IMG/VR virus record: IMGVR_UViG_3300043540_000327
Length of the DNA stretch: 17,701 nucleotides
Reading direction: 5' to 3' (one strand)
Origin: a virus
Position 1 is the first letter of the stretch. Each line of letters begins with the position of its first letter. Positions 1-6,978 of this stretch are shown here, piece after piece. Under the pieces are notes generated by a model. That model was not told the origin of the DNA and made no database searches. It saw only the letters and a program-made list of their open reading frames with translations. The position numbers and the translations under genes were made by a program.

Positions 1-357
1 CTGGAGCCGTACCCCATCGTGGACGCCGCTTGTCGGTTCACGAAGGGCATGTACGAGCCGGGCACCCACTTCTGCGTTTCGTTCCAATATCGCAAGCACC
101 TTCCCATCGGTCGTGGCGGCATGATCCTCACCGACGACCCCGAGGCCGTCAGGTGGTACAAGCTGGCCCGGTTCAGCGGCCGGCATGAAATCCCACTTAC
201 CGAAGACGTTCCCGAAATGGTCGGCTGGCATTGTTATATGGAGCCGGAGCGTGCCGCTCGGGGCATGACCCTGATGATGAATTTGCGTGAAACCAACCAG
301 GACTTGGAGTTTAATTACCCAGACCTGTCCACCTTTGGTTTGTACGAGGCAAAATGA
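1..357 (+). CDS. DegT/DnrJ/EryC1-family sugar aminotransferase, C-terminal fragment (the 5' part lies outside the window)
   Basis: The frame is open from base 1 and runs into the stop at 355-357. The GGMILTDD segment resembles the conserved GGA(I/L)xTxD box of PLP-dependent sugar aminotransferases. The stop overlaps the next start as ATGA. A sugar acetyltransferase follows directly. Confidence 0.55.
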   Translation: MEPYPIVDAACRFTKGMYEPGTHFCVSFQYRKHLPIGRGGMILTDDPEAVRWYKLARFSGRHEIPLTEDVPEMVGWHCYMEPERAARGMTLMMNLRETNQDLEFNYPDLSTFGLYEAK

Positions 358-968
358 ATATAATTGGCAGCGGCGGATTTGGCAGAGAAGTAGCGTTATA
401 CGTCCAGCGTGCGCACCCACAGGACGGACATCGTTTCGGAGTCGAAAAGGAATATTGTAGCGAAAGCCATGTGGCCGGGCTGCCGTTATTGTCTCTGGAA
501 CAACTTGCCGAGTATAAGGATGCACCTACGCTCATAGCCGTTGGCGATCCGGGCTTGCGTGAGAAATTCTTGACAAGATTGGTGATGTTGGGTTTTTCCA
601 ATTTCCCCGTGTTTATAGACCCGTTGGTTGTCCGGTCGCAGGCATATGTTTCTTTCGGGGAGGGTACGATTGTCACCCCGTATTGCATCCTGACTACCAA
701 CGTCAAAGTGGGAAGGTTCGTCTTGATTAACCTGTCCTGCACAATCGGGCACGACGCAGTTGTCGAGGACTTTGTGACCATAAACCCCGGCTGCAATATC
801 AGCGGAGGGGTCCATATCGGCCGGGGCGCTCAATTGGGCACAGGGGTTAAAGTGATACCGAATGTGAGTATAGGAGAGAATGCGATTATCGGAGCAGGAG
901 CCGTGGTGGTAAGGGACATTCCGCCGAATTGCACTGCGGTCGGTATGCCTTGCAAACCGATCAAATAA
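354..968 (+). CDS. Hexapeptide-repeat sugar N-/O-acetyltransferase (PglD/NeuD family)
   Basis: The N-terminus MNIIGSGGFGREV is a Rossmann-like NeuD/PglD N-domain. The C-terminal half carries tandem left-handed beta-helix hexapeptide repeats (IGHDAVVED..INPGCNISGGVHIGRGAQLGTGVKVIPNVSIGENAIIGAGAVVVRDIPP). The ATGA start overlaps the upstream aminotransferase. Confidence 0.75.
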   Translation: MNIIGSGGFGREVALYVQRAHPQDGHRFGVEKEYCSESHVAGLPLLSLEQLAEYKDAPTLIAVGDPGLREKFLTRLVMLGFSNFPVFIDPLVVRSQAYVSFGEGTIVTPYCILTTNVKVGRFVLINLSCTIGHDAVVEDFVTINPGCNISGGVHIGRGAQLGTGVKVIPNVSIGENAIIGAGAVVVRDIPPNCTAVGMPCKPIK

Positions 969-976
969 AGGAGTAC

Positions 977-1810
977 ATGAGAACCATCCTCGTCTATACA
1001 CACCCATTCAATTTCACGTCCGGCGGCATTGTCGTGCTGCACAAGTTGTGTCATTTGCTCCGTCAAAAAGACCAGAACGCACGGCTATGGATGGTCGATG
1101 ACGACTGGACGACCTGGGCGACCTGGCCGGAGTATGATACCCCAATAGCGAACGGCAAAGTTGATCCTCGGGATTGCGTCGTCATCTACCCGGAGATCGT
1201 CAGCGGCAATATCCTTGAGGCCAAACACGCCGTTTGGTGGCTGCTGAATAAACCTGGATTTTGGGGAGGCACGTTTGAAGCCAAGCCCGAAGACTTGATC
1301 GTCACCTACTCGGATCATTTCTCGGCCGATTACCCCAACGCCGAACAATTGCGAGTCATTGAATGCTGGTTTGAATATTTTAGCCCCGACCCGACGATTG
1401 TACGCAAGGGTGGATGCTATGCCATGCGTAAGGGTGCCATCATGGGCAAGCAGCCAATTCCAGAAACGGACGGTCTGAAGCCGATTGTGGATTCGAGTTA
1501 TGATATAGCGTTCTTGCGAAACACGTTCCGTGAGTCGGAGGTATTTTACAGCTACGACTCCGCAACCTTCCTGTCCCTGCACGCCGCCCTGTGTGGATGT
1601 ACCAGCATCGTCATCCCGGATGAAGGTATGACTAAGGATCAATGGCTAAATAAGTTCCCACTCATGAAATATGGCGTTGCTTATGGCCTGGAGGACCGGG
1701 CCTGGTCCGAAACCACCAAGGATAAGGTGCGGGACCATCTGATGGAAGAAGAAGCGAAATGCCTGCTCACGGTTGACAACCTCATCGAGCGTATCAACAA
1801 CTTGACATAA
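977..1810 (+). CDS. Hypothetical protein, possibly a GT-B-like glycosyltransferase
   Basis: An ATG at 977 follows an AAAGGAG RBS (967-973), 9 nt after the acetyltransferase stop. The C-terminal segment ESEVFYSYDSATFLSLHAALCGCTSIVIP loosely resembles the EX7E/'EAmaxGxPvI' donor-binding motif of GT-B enzymes. It sits next to the aminotransferase/acetyltransferase pair. Confidence 0.5.
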   Translation: MRTILVYTHPFNFTSGGIVVLHKLCHLLRQKDQNARLWMVDDDWTTWATWPEYDTPIANGKVDPRDCVVIYPEIVSGNILEAKHAVWWLLNKPGFWGGTFEAKPEDLIVTYSDHFSADYPNAEQLRVIECWFEYFSPDPTIVRKGGCYAMRKGAIMGKQPIPETDGLKPIVDSSYDIAFLRNTFRESEVFYSYDSATFLSLHAALCGCTSIVIPDEGMTKDQWLNKFPLMKYGVAYGLEDRAWSETTKDKVRDHLMEEEAKCLLTVDNLIERINNLT

Positions 1811-1876
1811 AGGCACGTTTCTTGTTATCATCGTACCATTAGTTTTCTTCGCCTCCACTATTTGGAGAGCAGAATC

Positions 1877-2880
1877 GTGCCGACGTTCAAAATCATTTCC
1901 ATCGTCAAAGACGGCACCTACCCGCTACGTCTCTTGCCTGGCAATCCCGTCTTCGTCAACCGGCAGTGGCATCGGCTTGGCATTGGCGTCACCAATGCCA
2001 AGAACTTCCTGTGTACACGGATGCCGACGAACAAGGACCGTCTGACCGGCGCTCAGAAGTACGAGGGCTATTGCGCCATCTGCGAGGCGGCGATCTCGTG
2101 CTACAAAAAAGGCCAGGAGAGCGATTTCCGAAAGCTGAAAGCTTTTGAGCGGTCCTATTACTGCGCCATCAATCGTGACGAGCAGGACATCGGCGTTCAG
2201 CTTTTCACCTGCGGCAAGCAGATTCAGTCGATCATTTTATCGGCCTCGCTGGGTGACGCTTTCGCCAAGAAGCACCCCCTGGGTGATGTCTTTAACTATC
2301 ACACCGGCCGGGACTTCATACTCATCCGCAAAACAAATATCAGTGGTTTCCCCGATTACGGCGAGTCTTATTTCTCCCCGCCGTATCCGGCCGGCACCGG
2401 CCACGAAATTCAGCAATGGATGACGAACCTCATCGACCTCGACAGCATGTTCACGCCGCCTACGGCCGAAACGGTGCAGAAGGCCCTGCAAGAGTATTTC
2501 CACGTTCCGGCCAAGCCAAGACCATCAAGATTTCCGTCAAGCAGGAAGAAGGCGATGCCATTGCGGGCATTCGGATATATTCCAACCCGCATAGCATCTG
2601 GGACTCACCGCAGTGCGTCCTGGTTAGCCGGGAAGCGTTCTGCAACATGGTCGCTGACCGGGCCGACCGGGGCGTCTACTACCACGCCAACGGCTATTAT
2701 ATCATCCGGGCCGAAATTACCGACACCGGCGAGGTCTGGGCACGGGTCGTCCCCGAAGACCCCTGCTTGGAGGCCAGTCTCCAGGCGATCCAGAAGAAAT
2801 ACGAAGACACCAAGAAGGAACCGGAATACCGCATTTTCGAGAAGAAGATGCTGGATGCGTACCACCAGCGACCCGTATAA
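1877..2880 (+). CDS. Hypothetical gp32-like ssDNA-binding protein with a His/Cys3 zinc motif, apparently interrupted by a -1 frameshift near 2513-2521
   Basis: A GTG at 1877 lies 7 nt after a GGAGAG RBS (the track ORF begins at a TTG at 1862). Frame 2 reads protein-like text up to ..QEYFHVPAKP (about 2518). After that, protein-like text continues only in frame 1 (KTIKISVKQEEGDAIAGIRIYSNPHSIWDSPQCVLVSREAF...KKMLDAYHQRPV, stop 2878-2880). The frame-2 continuation to 3061 is Arg/Ser/Thr/Pro-rich junk. The switch falls at the short direct repeat gccaag|ccaag. The N-terminal segments LRLLPGNPVFVNRQWH and H-x13-C-x19-C-x2-C recall the T4 gp32 IRFLP...PFAILVNH region and its His/Cys3 zinc site. Confidence 0.5.
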
Positions 2881-3123
2881 TTGGATATGTACGAGTCAAG
2901 CTTTATCTACGGCAATAGCGATAACGCCAAGTGGCCGAAGACGGCCTGGCCTCGGGACGGTTTCCTGTTGTTCTGCGAGAAGCACGGCTTTCCCTACCGG
3001 GAAGGCCACAAGTGCCCCAAGTGCGAAGACAGAGGCATCAAGACGAATTATCGCAGCATAGACGAACCCTGGACGGCACCCGATGACCGACGAGGAATGG
3101 GAAGCACTGAAGAAGAAGTATAA
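2881..3123 (+). CDS. Hypothetical small zinc-ribbon protein carrying the YRSIDEPW motif
   Basis: ORF of 80 aa with a possible TTG start at 2881 or ATG at 2887. It contains C..HGFPYREGHKCPKCE followed by K-T-N-YRSIDEPW (3049-3072). It overlaps the next gene by 41 nt. Confidence 0.45.
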   Translation: MDMYESSFIYGNSDNAKWPKTAWPRDGFLLFCEKHGFPYREGHKCPKCEDRGIKTNYRSIDEPWTAPDDRRGMGSTEEEV

Positions 3124-3361
3124 CGTCCCGCCAGGCGAGGAAATGATCCCGATGGGCTGCGGCCCCCAAGACTGGCGGGTCGGCCGTGGCTACTTCGAGA
3201 TGTTCGAGCGATACAAGCAGCAGAATCCGGGCTTCCAGGAAAGCGTTGACCGGGTGCGGAAGAACCTGTTCAAGTGGCGGACCCCGCCGAAGCCTGAAGA
3301 GCCGAAGCCGGACCAAAAGTACCGGAGCATTGACGACGAGTGGGACAATTTTGGAGCTTAG
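3083..3361 (+). CDS. Hypothetical protein ending in KYRSIDDEW
   Basis: ORF of 92 aa. The C-terminus reads ...KPEEPKPDQKYRSIDDEWDNFGA, with the motif at 3320-3343. The first 100 aa of the 3186..4025 track ORF are an out-of-frame shadow of this gene. Confidence 0.55.
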   Translation: MTDEEWEALKKKYNVPPGEEMIPMGCGPQDWRVGRGYFEMFERYKQQNPGFQESVDRVRKNLFKWRTPPKPEEPKPDQKYRSIDDEWDNFGA

Positions 3362-3377
3362 TGCAATATATACCGAT

Positions 3378-4025
3378 ATGGAGATTCACGAAGTCGTCAA
3401 ACTGTTCGTCCAAGAGCTACAAATCGAACCGATCTACGAGCAAGAAGGTCGGCATTTCCAACTCTGGTGGTCGCCGCCGATGGACGACGGCCGCAAGCGC
3501 CACGGTCAAATCTGGCGGGTCATCAGCCAACTCTACAAGGACCAGCGGGTACTCCAGATCGGCTACCCCTGGCAGGGCAACGAGTTTCCCTCGGCCAAGG
3601 TGCTGGATTATACCGGCGAGCATGACGATGCGGATTATAAACTGAATCCGCAGAACATGCCTTGTATCAAAGACGGCAGTTTTGATCTGGTGCTTTGCAA
3701 CAGCATCTTGGAGCAGATGCCAAAGTTCTGGCTCGTTGCCCAGGAGATGTGCCGGGTGCTGGATAAGAACGGCGTCTTATGGGTGACGGCGCCGGCCGTC
3801 TGGCCGCACCACCCTGACGGCGAAAGCACCGAATACGGCGGCGACTATTGGCGATTTACCCACCGTGGCCTGGCCGAGTTGTTCGAGGAGCATTGCGACA
3901 AATTGGCGACTTGGTATATTCCGGCACAGGCCCCTTACGACAACCCGCAGTCGGGCTGGGGAGTTGTCTATGTGGGGAGGAAAAGAGATGAACAAAGTAA
4001 GACCATCGGTTTACCTGGAAGATAA
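3378..4025 (+). CDS. Class I SAM-dependent methyltransferase (type 11-like)
   Basis: An ATG at 3378 follows the previous stop at 3359-3361. The segment SFDLVLCNSILEQMP..CRVLDKNGVLWVTAP matches the post-I/II motifs of small SAM methyltransferases (FDLVxxxxVLEH...LKPGGxLxxT). The N-terminal 64 aa of the track ORF look out-of-frame. Confidence 0.6.
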   Translation: MEIHEVVKLFVQELQIEPIYEQEGRHFQLWWSPPMDDGRKRHGQIWRVISQLYKDQRVLQIGYPWQGNEFPSAKVLDYTGEHDDADYKLNPQNMPCIKDGSFDLVLCNSILEQMPKFWLVAQEMCRVLDKNGVLWVTAPAVWPHHPDGESTEYGGDYWRFTHRGLAELFEEHCDKLATWYIPAQAPYDNPQSGWGVVYVGRKRDEQSKTIGLPGR

Positions 4026-4506
4026 GTGCAAGACCTTCGAGACGCTACTCGACTATTTCTTGGCCGAGAAGGGGTCGTTCAACAAGACGGTCAACGAGAA
4101 ACTACTGGCTTTTCTCTACCAGATTGACTTCTGGGATTGGGAGATCGAGAACCTGATTTTCTCGTTCGACAACTTCGAGGAACGCTCCCAGGCGTGGCAG
4201 GGGTCGGCTAACAGCAACGTGAATGCGATCTGGCTGCGGCATGGTCTGCCCATCAAAAGCAACCTCGTCTCTTTTTGGAAGGACTACTCCAGTCGCTACT
4301 ATAAAGGCGAGAAGGTGGTGGCGCCGGTCAAGCACTTGAACAAGGTCATCGACAAATGGAACAAGTTGCTGGACCGCTGCGTGGACCGGGTATTCATGGA
4401 AGAGAAGACGATTCAGTCGGCCATCGAGATGAAGGCCCAGATATTGCCAAACCTGGACAAGTACAAGAAGAGCTTACGCCGAGAAACGGAGGGAGATGCT
4501 AGTTGA
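3988..4506 (+). CDS. Hypothetical protein
   Basis: An ATG at 3988 is preceded by GGGGAGGAAAAGAG. The text from MNKVRPSVYLEDK onward is protein-like, and this segment is more AT-rich than its neighbours. Confidence 0.5.
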   Translation: MNKVRPSVYLEDKCKTFETLLDYFLAEKGSFNKTVNEKLLAFLYQIDFWDWEIENLIFSFDNFEERSQAWQGSANSNVNAIWLRHGLPIKSNLVSFWKDYSSRYYKGEKVVAPVKHLNKVIDKWNKLLDRCVDRVFMEEKTIQSAIEMKAQILPNLDKYKKSLRRETEGDAS

Positions 4507-4777
4507 TTATGACGAATACTTCCAATTATGCAGGACGGCGAGCGTGCCGGTAGGTAGCATGGAGACACAACAAGTAATCGACGTATTGAAGGAAAAGTAC
4601 CCACACGCCTTCCGCATGGTGAAAGACGAACCTCACCTGGAGGTCGCTGTCGCCCTGAGCGGCACGACGTTGCCGCTGATGAACGATTGGGCACGTCGGA
4701 TGGGCGAGGGTGCGACCTTCGACCTTTTCCACAAGAGTCTATCAGAAGTCCTGATGCAGCAGGAAGGAGCGGCTTGA
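4496..4777 (+). CDS. Hypothetical protein
   Basis: ORF of 93 aa; GGAGGGAG lies immediately upstream of the ATG at 4496. Its stop overlaps the next start (TGATG). Confidence 0.45.
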   Translation: MLVDYDEYFQLCRTASVPVGSMETQQVIDVLKEKYPHAFRMVKDEPHLEVAVALSGTTLPLMNDWARRMGEGATFDLFHKSLSEVLMQQEGAA

Positions 4778-5310
4778 TGTCGAAGCTGATCGACTTTTAC
4801 CTGGAAGAAGGAACCGATACCGAGGGCAGAACCTTCACGGAGATTATGGCCTGGTCGGACGAGAAGTGGGAGTTCGGCCACGATTACATCCAGTGGATGT
4901 TCCCGCTCCAGGAAGAGAGCAACTTCAACCCGGACGCCCCGTTGTTGACGGAAGAGGACATCAGGCTCTTTCATGCCAACCCGGACCTGCGAAACAACAT
5001 GGTCCTGGCCTTTCACCGCTTCGTGAAGTTTCTGGGTCTGAAGTGGCTGATCGACCCGATGATCCAGGACGCTACGGTCATCAAGGCCGGCAACTTTCAG
5101 GAACGGCGGTGGATGATTTGGGACAACCCGAACCACAACTGGTTCCGCATCAGTCGTGTTCTCAAGTCCTTGAAGCTTCTGGGTTTGAAAGAATACGCCG
5201 ACGATCTATTTGCCTGCTTGAAGCGATTGCACGAGGACGAGGGCCTGGTGACTGGCAACTCGTTTCGCTATTGGCAAGAAGCGGTTGCACTTCCGACGAA
5301 ATCAGAGTAG
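4777..5310 (+). CDS. OGFr_N-like (opioid growth factor receptor conserved region family) protein
   Basis: An ATG at 4777 follows GGAAGGAGCGG. The N-terminal segment IDFYLEEGTDTEGRTFTEIMAWSDEKWEFGHDYIQWMFPL matches the characteristic start of bacterial OGFr_N-family proteins (..FY.G...D..GR.L.EI..W.D..LE..HDYIQWLFPL). Confidence 0.5.
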   Translation: MSKLIDFYLEEGTDTEGRTFTEIMAWSDEKWEFGHDYIQWMFPLQEESNFNPDAPLLTEEDIRLFHANPDLRNNMVLAFHRFVKFLGLKWLIDPMIQDATVIKAGNFQERRWMIWDNPNHNWFRISRVLKSLKLLGLKEYADDLFACLKRLHEDEGLVTGNSFRYWQEAVALPTKSE

Positions 5311-5350
5311 GATATGAAGACTGAAGACTGTAGACAGCGCCCTTGCCGAC

Positions 5351-5686
5351 ATGAAGGAGCTTGTGAACCAGATCGCCCAGAAGTCCGAGGTTGACGGGGC
5401 GTTCTTTCGTGCCCACTTCCTGGGTTGCGTGGAACTGACGAAGCTAGGCGACGAGTACCGAAGCGTCATGAAGGCGTTAATCGAGTGCCCCGTGTGCCAG
5501 CGACTCTGCCCAGGCGTCAATGAACTGCACGGTCATCTGGTCATGCACTGGCCCATTGCTCACGTTCGGGATTACCTGGACTGGTTGGAGAACCAGCGTG
5601 AGGACGTGCGGCGGGAGATGAAACAGCTTGCGGATTCATTGCAAGAAAGCATGGGCCTGTTGATAAATAAGAACACGCCGGCATGA
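5351..5686 (+). CDS. Hypothetical protein with a single C2H2-type zinc finger
   Basis: ORF of 111 aa. CPVCQRLCPGVNELHGHLVMH has the C-x2-C-x12-H-x3-H spacing, with a Leu three residues before the first His. The stop (5684-5686) lies inside the 5' end of tRNA-Thr. Confidence 0.5.
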   Translation: MKELVNQIAQKSEVDGAFFRAHFLGCVELTKLGDEYRSVMKALIECPVCQRLCPGVNELHGHLVMHWPIAHVRDYLDWLENQREDVRREMKQLADSLQESMGLLINKNTPA

Positions 5687-5747
5687 TGTAATGGTAGCCT
5701 GACTGCCTTGTAAGCAGTATGTCCGGGTTCGATTCCTGGTGCCGGCT
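5677..5747 (+). tRNA. tRNA-Thr (anticodon UGU)
   Basis: Hand-folded cloverleaf. Acceptor stem gccggca/tgccggc is 7 perfect bp. The D-arm is atgt-aatggta-gcct with one mismatch. The anticodon stem actgc/gcagt has loop cttgtaa, giving anticodon TGT with U33 and A37. The variable loop is 4 nt. The T-arm is ccggg-ttcgatt-cctgg. Discriminator is T and no CCA is encoded. Confidence 0.7.
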
Positions 5748-5748
5748 C

Positions 5749-6102
5749 TTAACTAGCACTAACAATAGGACCACCAGCGGGTGGCGTTGCGGAAACGGGT
5801 GGTTCGATTTTAACCATCCACCACTTGACGGGCGGCGTAAGTTCGTCCCACGGTCGGGCGTAGTTCAGTTGAATCACACCAGCCCCGGTGATGAGGAAAA
5901 CGAAGTGGATACTGACGGGGGCGCCGGGCTTGGCGGGGTCTTCTCCCTCATGGCGAATGTACTGAAGCAATCCGGCGGTCGTATCTACAGCCTGCCAGAT
6001 AAAACCGCTGCCGGCTGCCCAGGGCAGGGTGACGGTTAAGCGATCTCCAGAAACGGCATGGACGGTTTGGCCGTTATTCTCATTGGTGACTTTAATATCC
6101 AT
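5749..6102 (-). CDS. Chagasin-family (MEROPS I42) cysteine-peptidase inhibitor homologue
   Basis: The 117-aa - strand protein begins MDIKVTNENNGQTVHAVSGDRLTVTLPWAAGSGFIWQ. Compare T. cruzi chagasin MSHKVTKAHNGATLTVAVGELVEIQLPSNPTTGFAW. PGAPVSIHFVF aligns with LGAGGTEHFHV, and GAGVIQLNYARPWDE aligns with AGTHAVNLTYMRPW (the RPW loop L6). It has no signal peptide, like chagasin itself. The gene fills the gap between the two tRNA genes exactly. Confidence 0.7.
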   Translation of the reverse strand: MDIKVTNENNGQTVHAVSGDRLTVTLPWAAGSGFIWQAVDTTAGLLQYIRHEGEDPAKPGAPVSIHFVFLITGAGVIQLNYARPWDELTPPVKWWMVKIEPPVSATPPAGGPIVSAS

Positions 6103-6131
6103 GAGAATATATAGGGGTCAGGAAGAAAATT

Positions 6132-6204
6132 GCGGGTGTAGCTCAGTGGCTAGAGCGCCACGTTGCCAACGTGGATGTCGTGGGTTCAAATCCCATCACC
6201 CGCT
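6132..6204 (+). tRNA. tRNA-Gly (anticodon GCC)
   Basis: Canonical cloverleaf. Acceptor gcgggtg/cacccgc. D-arm gctc-agtggcta-gagc. Anticodon stem ccacg/cgtgg with loop ttgccaa, giving GCC. T-arm gtggg-ttcaaat-cccat. Discriminator is T and no CCA is encoded. Confidence 0.85.
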
Positions 6205-6258
6205 CTTGAGGATTTACGGTGCCCCGGAACTTGTTCGAGGACCATAACGACTTCAGGG

Positions 6259-6450
6259 ATGTTATCACTGGCCCAACTTCGGGATGCCCTTCAGAACGGT
6301 CGTGTGTTCAAGCGAGGCACCCCGATCAAGGTGACGATACCACAGATGGCGATGCCGAATATCGTTTTCGCTGATGAGGTCCACGAAACGGTGGTGCCGA
6401 TCAAACCCAAGAAGAAATATCGCTCGATTGACGATCCCTGGGAGGCGTGA
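6259..6450 (+). CDS. Hypothetical small protein ending in KKYRSIDDPWEA
   Basis: This ATG is the first in-frame start downstream of the tRNA. The 63-aa product ends ...VVPIKPKKKYRSIDDPWEA, with the motif at 6418-6441. Its stop overlaps the next start (TGATG). The upstream part of the 6163 track ORF overlaps tRNA-Gly and is rejected. Confidence 0.5.
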   Translation: MLSLAQLRDALQNGRVFKRGTPIKVTIPQMAMPNIVFADEVHETVVPIKPKKKYRSIDDPWEA

Positions 6451-6719
6451 TGAAGTTCTGGGGCCAGCTACAGCCGACGACTCGGTATATGCTCATTAAC
6501 CTGGCCACGGCAATGGTCACGCTGACCTGCAACGACTACTGGCACGAGTATGCCTGGTTATGGTTCTCCCTCCAAATGTGTGTGACGTTGCCCACGGCGA
6601 TCTATTACACCTGGGTGACGAACAAGGAGCAACATGAGTCTTCTAACGACTTTCGAGGAACTGCCCCTGGGGACCAAGTTCGTCCTCTTGAACCAGGACA
6701 GTGGGACTATCAAATATGA
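6450..6719 (+). CDS. Small hydrophobic (about 2 TM) membrane protein
   Basis: A GGGAGG RBS lies 4 nt upstream of the ATG at 6450. MLINLATAMVTLTC..AWLWFSLQMCVTLPTAIYYTWV form two hydrophobic helices. The 3' tail overlaps the next gene and may not all be coding. Confidence 0.45.
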   Translation: MKFWGQLQPTTRYMLINLATAMVTLTCNDYWHEYAWLWFSLQMCVTLPTAIYYTWVTNKEQHESSNDFRGTAPGDQVRPLEPGQWDYQI

Positions 6720-6942
6720 CCCCGTGAAGTCTCACGAGGACATCTTCACGAAGGTCACGGACAACTACGCCGAGTTCCGAAAAAACCCGAGGACCACGGA
6801 GAAGGGCCAGTTCCAACCTGTCACCGGCGAACTGGAGGTCATGGCGGTCGAAACCGATGTCTGTTGCGTGTGCAATAAAGAACACATCATGATGTACCTC
6901 GAATACGAACCATCACCTTGTTGCAAGTGGTGCAAGAAGTAA
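6634..6942 (+). CDS. Hypothetical Cys-rich protein
   Basis: An AAGGAG RBS lies 6 nt upstream of the ATG at 6634. The C-terminus carries a Cys cluster (CCVCNKEH...PCCKWCKK). A terminator hairpin follows. Confidence 0.6.
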   Translation: MSLLTTFEELPLGTKFVLLNQDSGTIKYDPVKSHEDIFTKVTDNYAEFRKNPRTTEKGQFQPVTGELEVMAVETDVCCVCNKEHIMMYLEYEPSPCCKWCKK

Positions 6943-6946
6943 ACGA

Positions 6947-6978
6947 AAACGGCCAGGAAAATCCTGGCCGTTTGCTTT
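6947..6978. terminator. Bidirectional rho-independent terminator between convergent genes
   Basis: aaacggccagg-aaaat-cctggccgttt forms an 11-bp perfect stem followed by GCTTT. On the other strand it is preceded by A/T-rich text. It lies 4 nt after the + gene stop (6940-6942) and immediately after the - gene stop (6977-6979). Confidence 0.7.

Noticed and set aside
311-1642. - strand ORFs 311..796, 486..1007, 830..1066, 1085..1642
   Set aside because: Antisense to the well-supported acetyltransferase and 977..1810 genes. Compositionally junk-like.
1862-3061. Reading the 399-aa track ORF as one protein
   Set aside because: Beyond about residue 220 the frame-2 translation is RSTP-rich junk. The real continuation is in frame 1 and ends at 2880.
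5719-6247. + strand ORFs 5719..6039 and 6029..6247
   Set aside because: They run through tRNA-Thr or tRNA-Gly and across the strongly supported - strand chagasin-like gene. Their translations are not protein-like.
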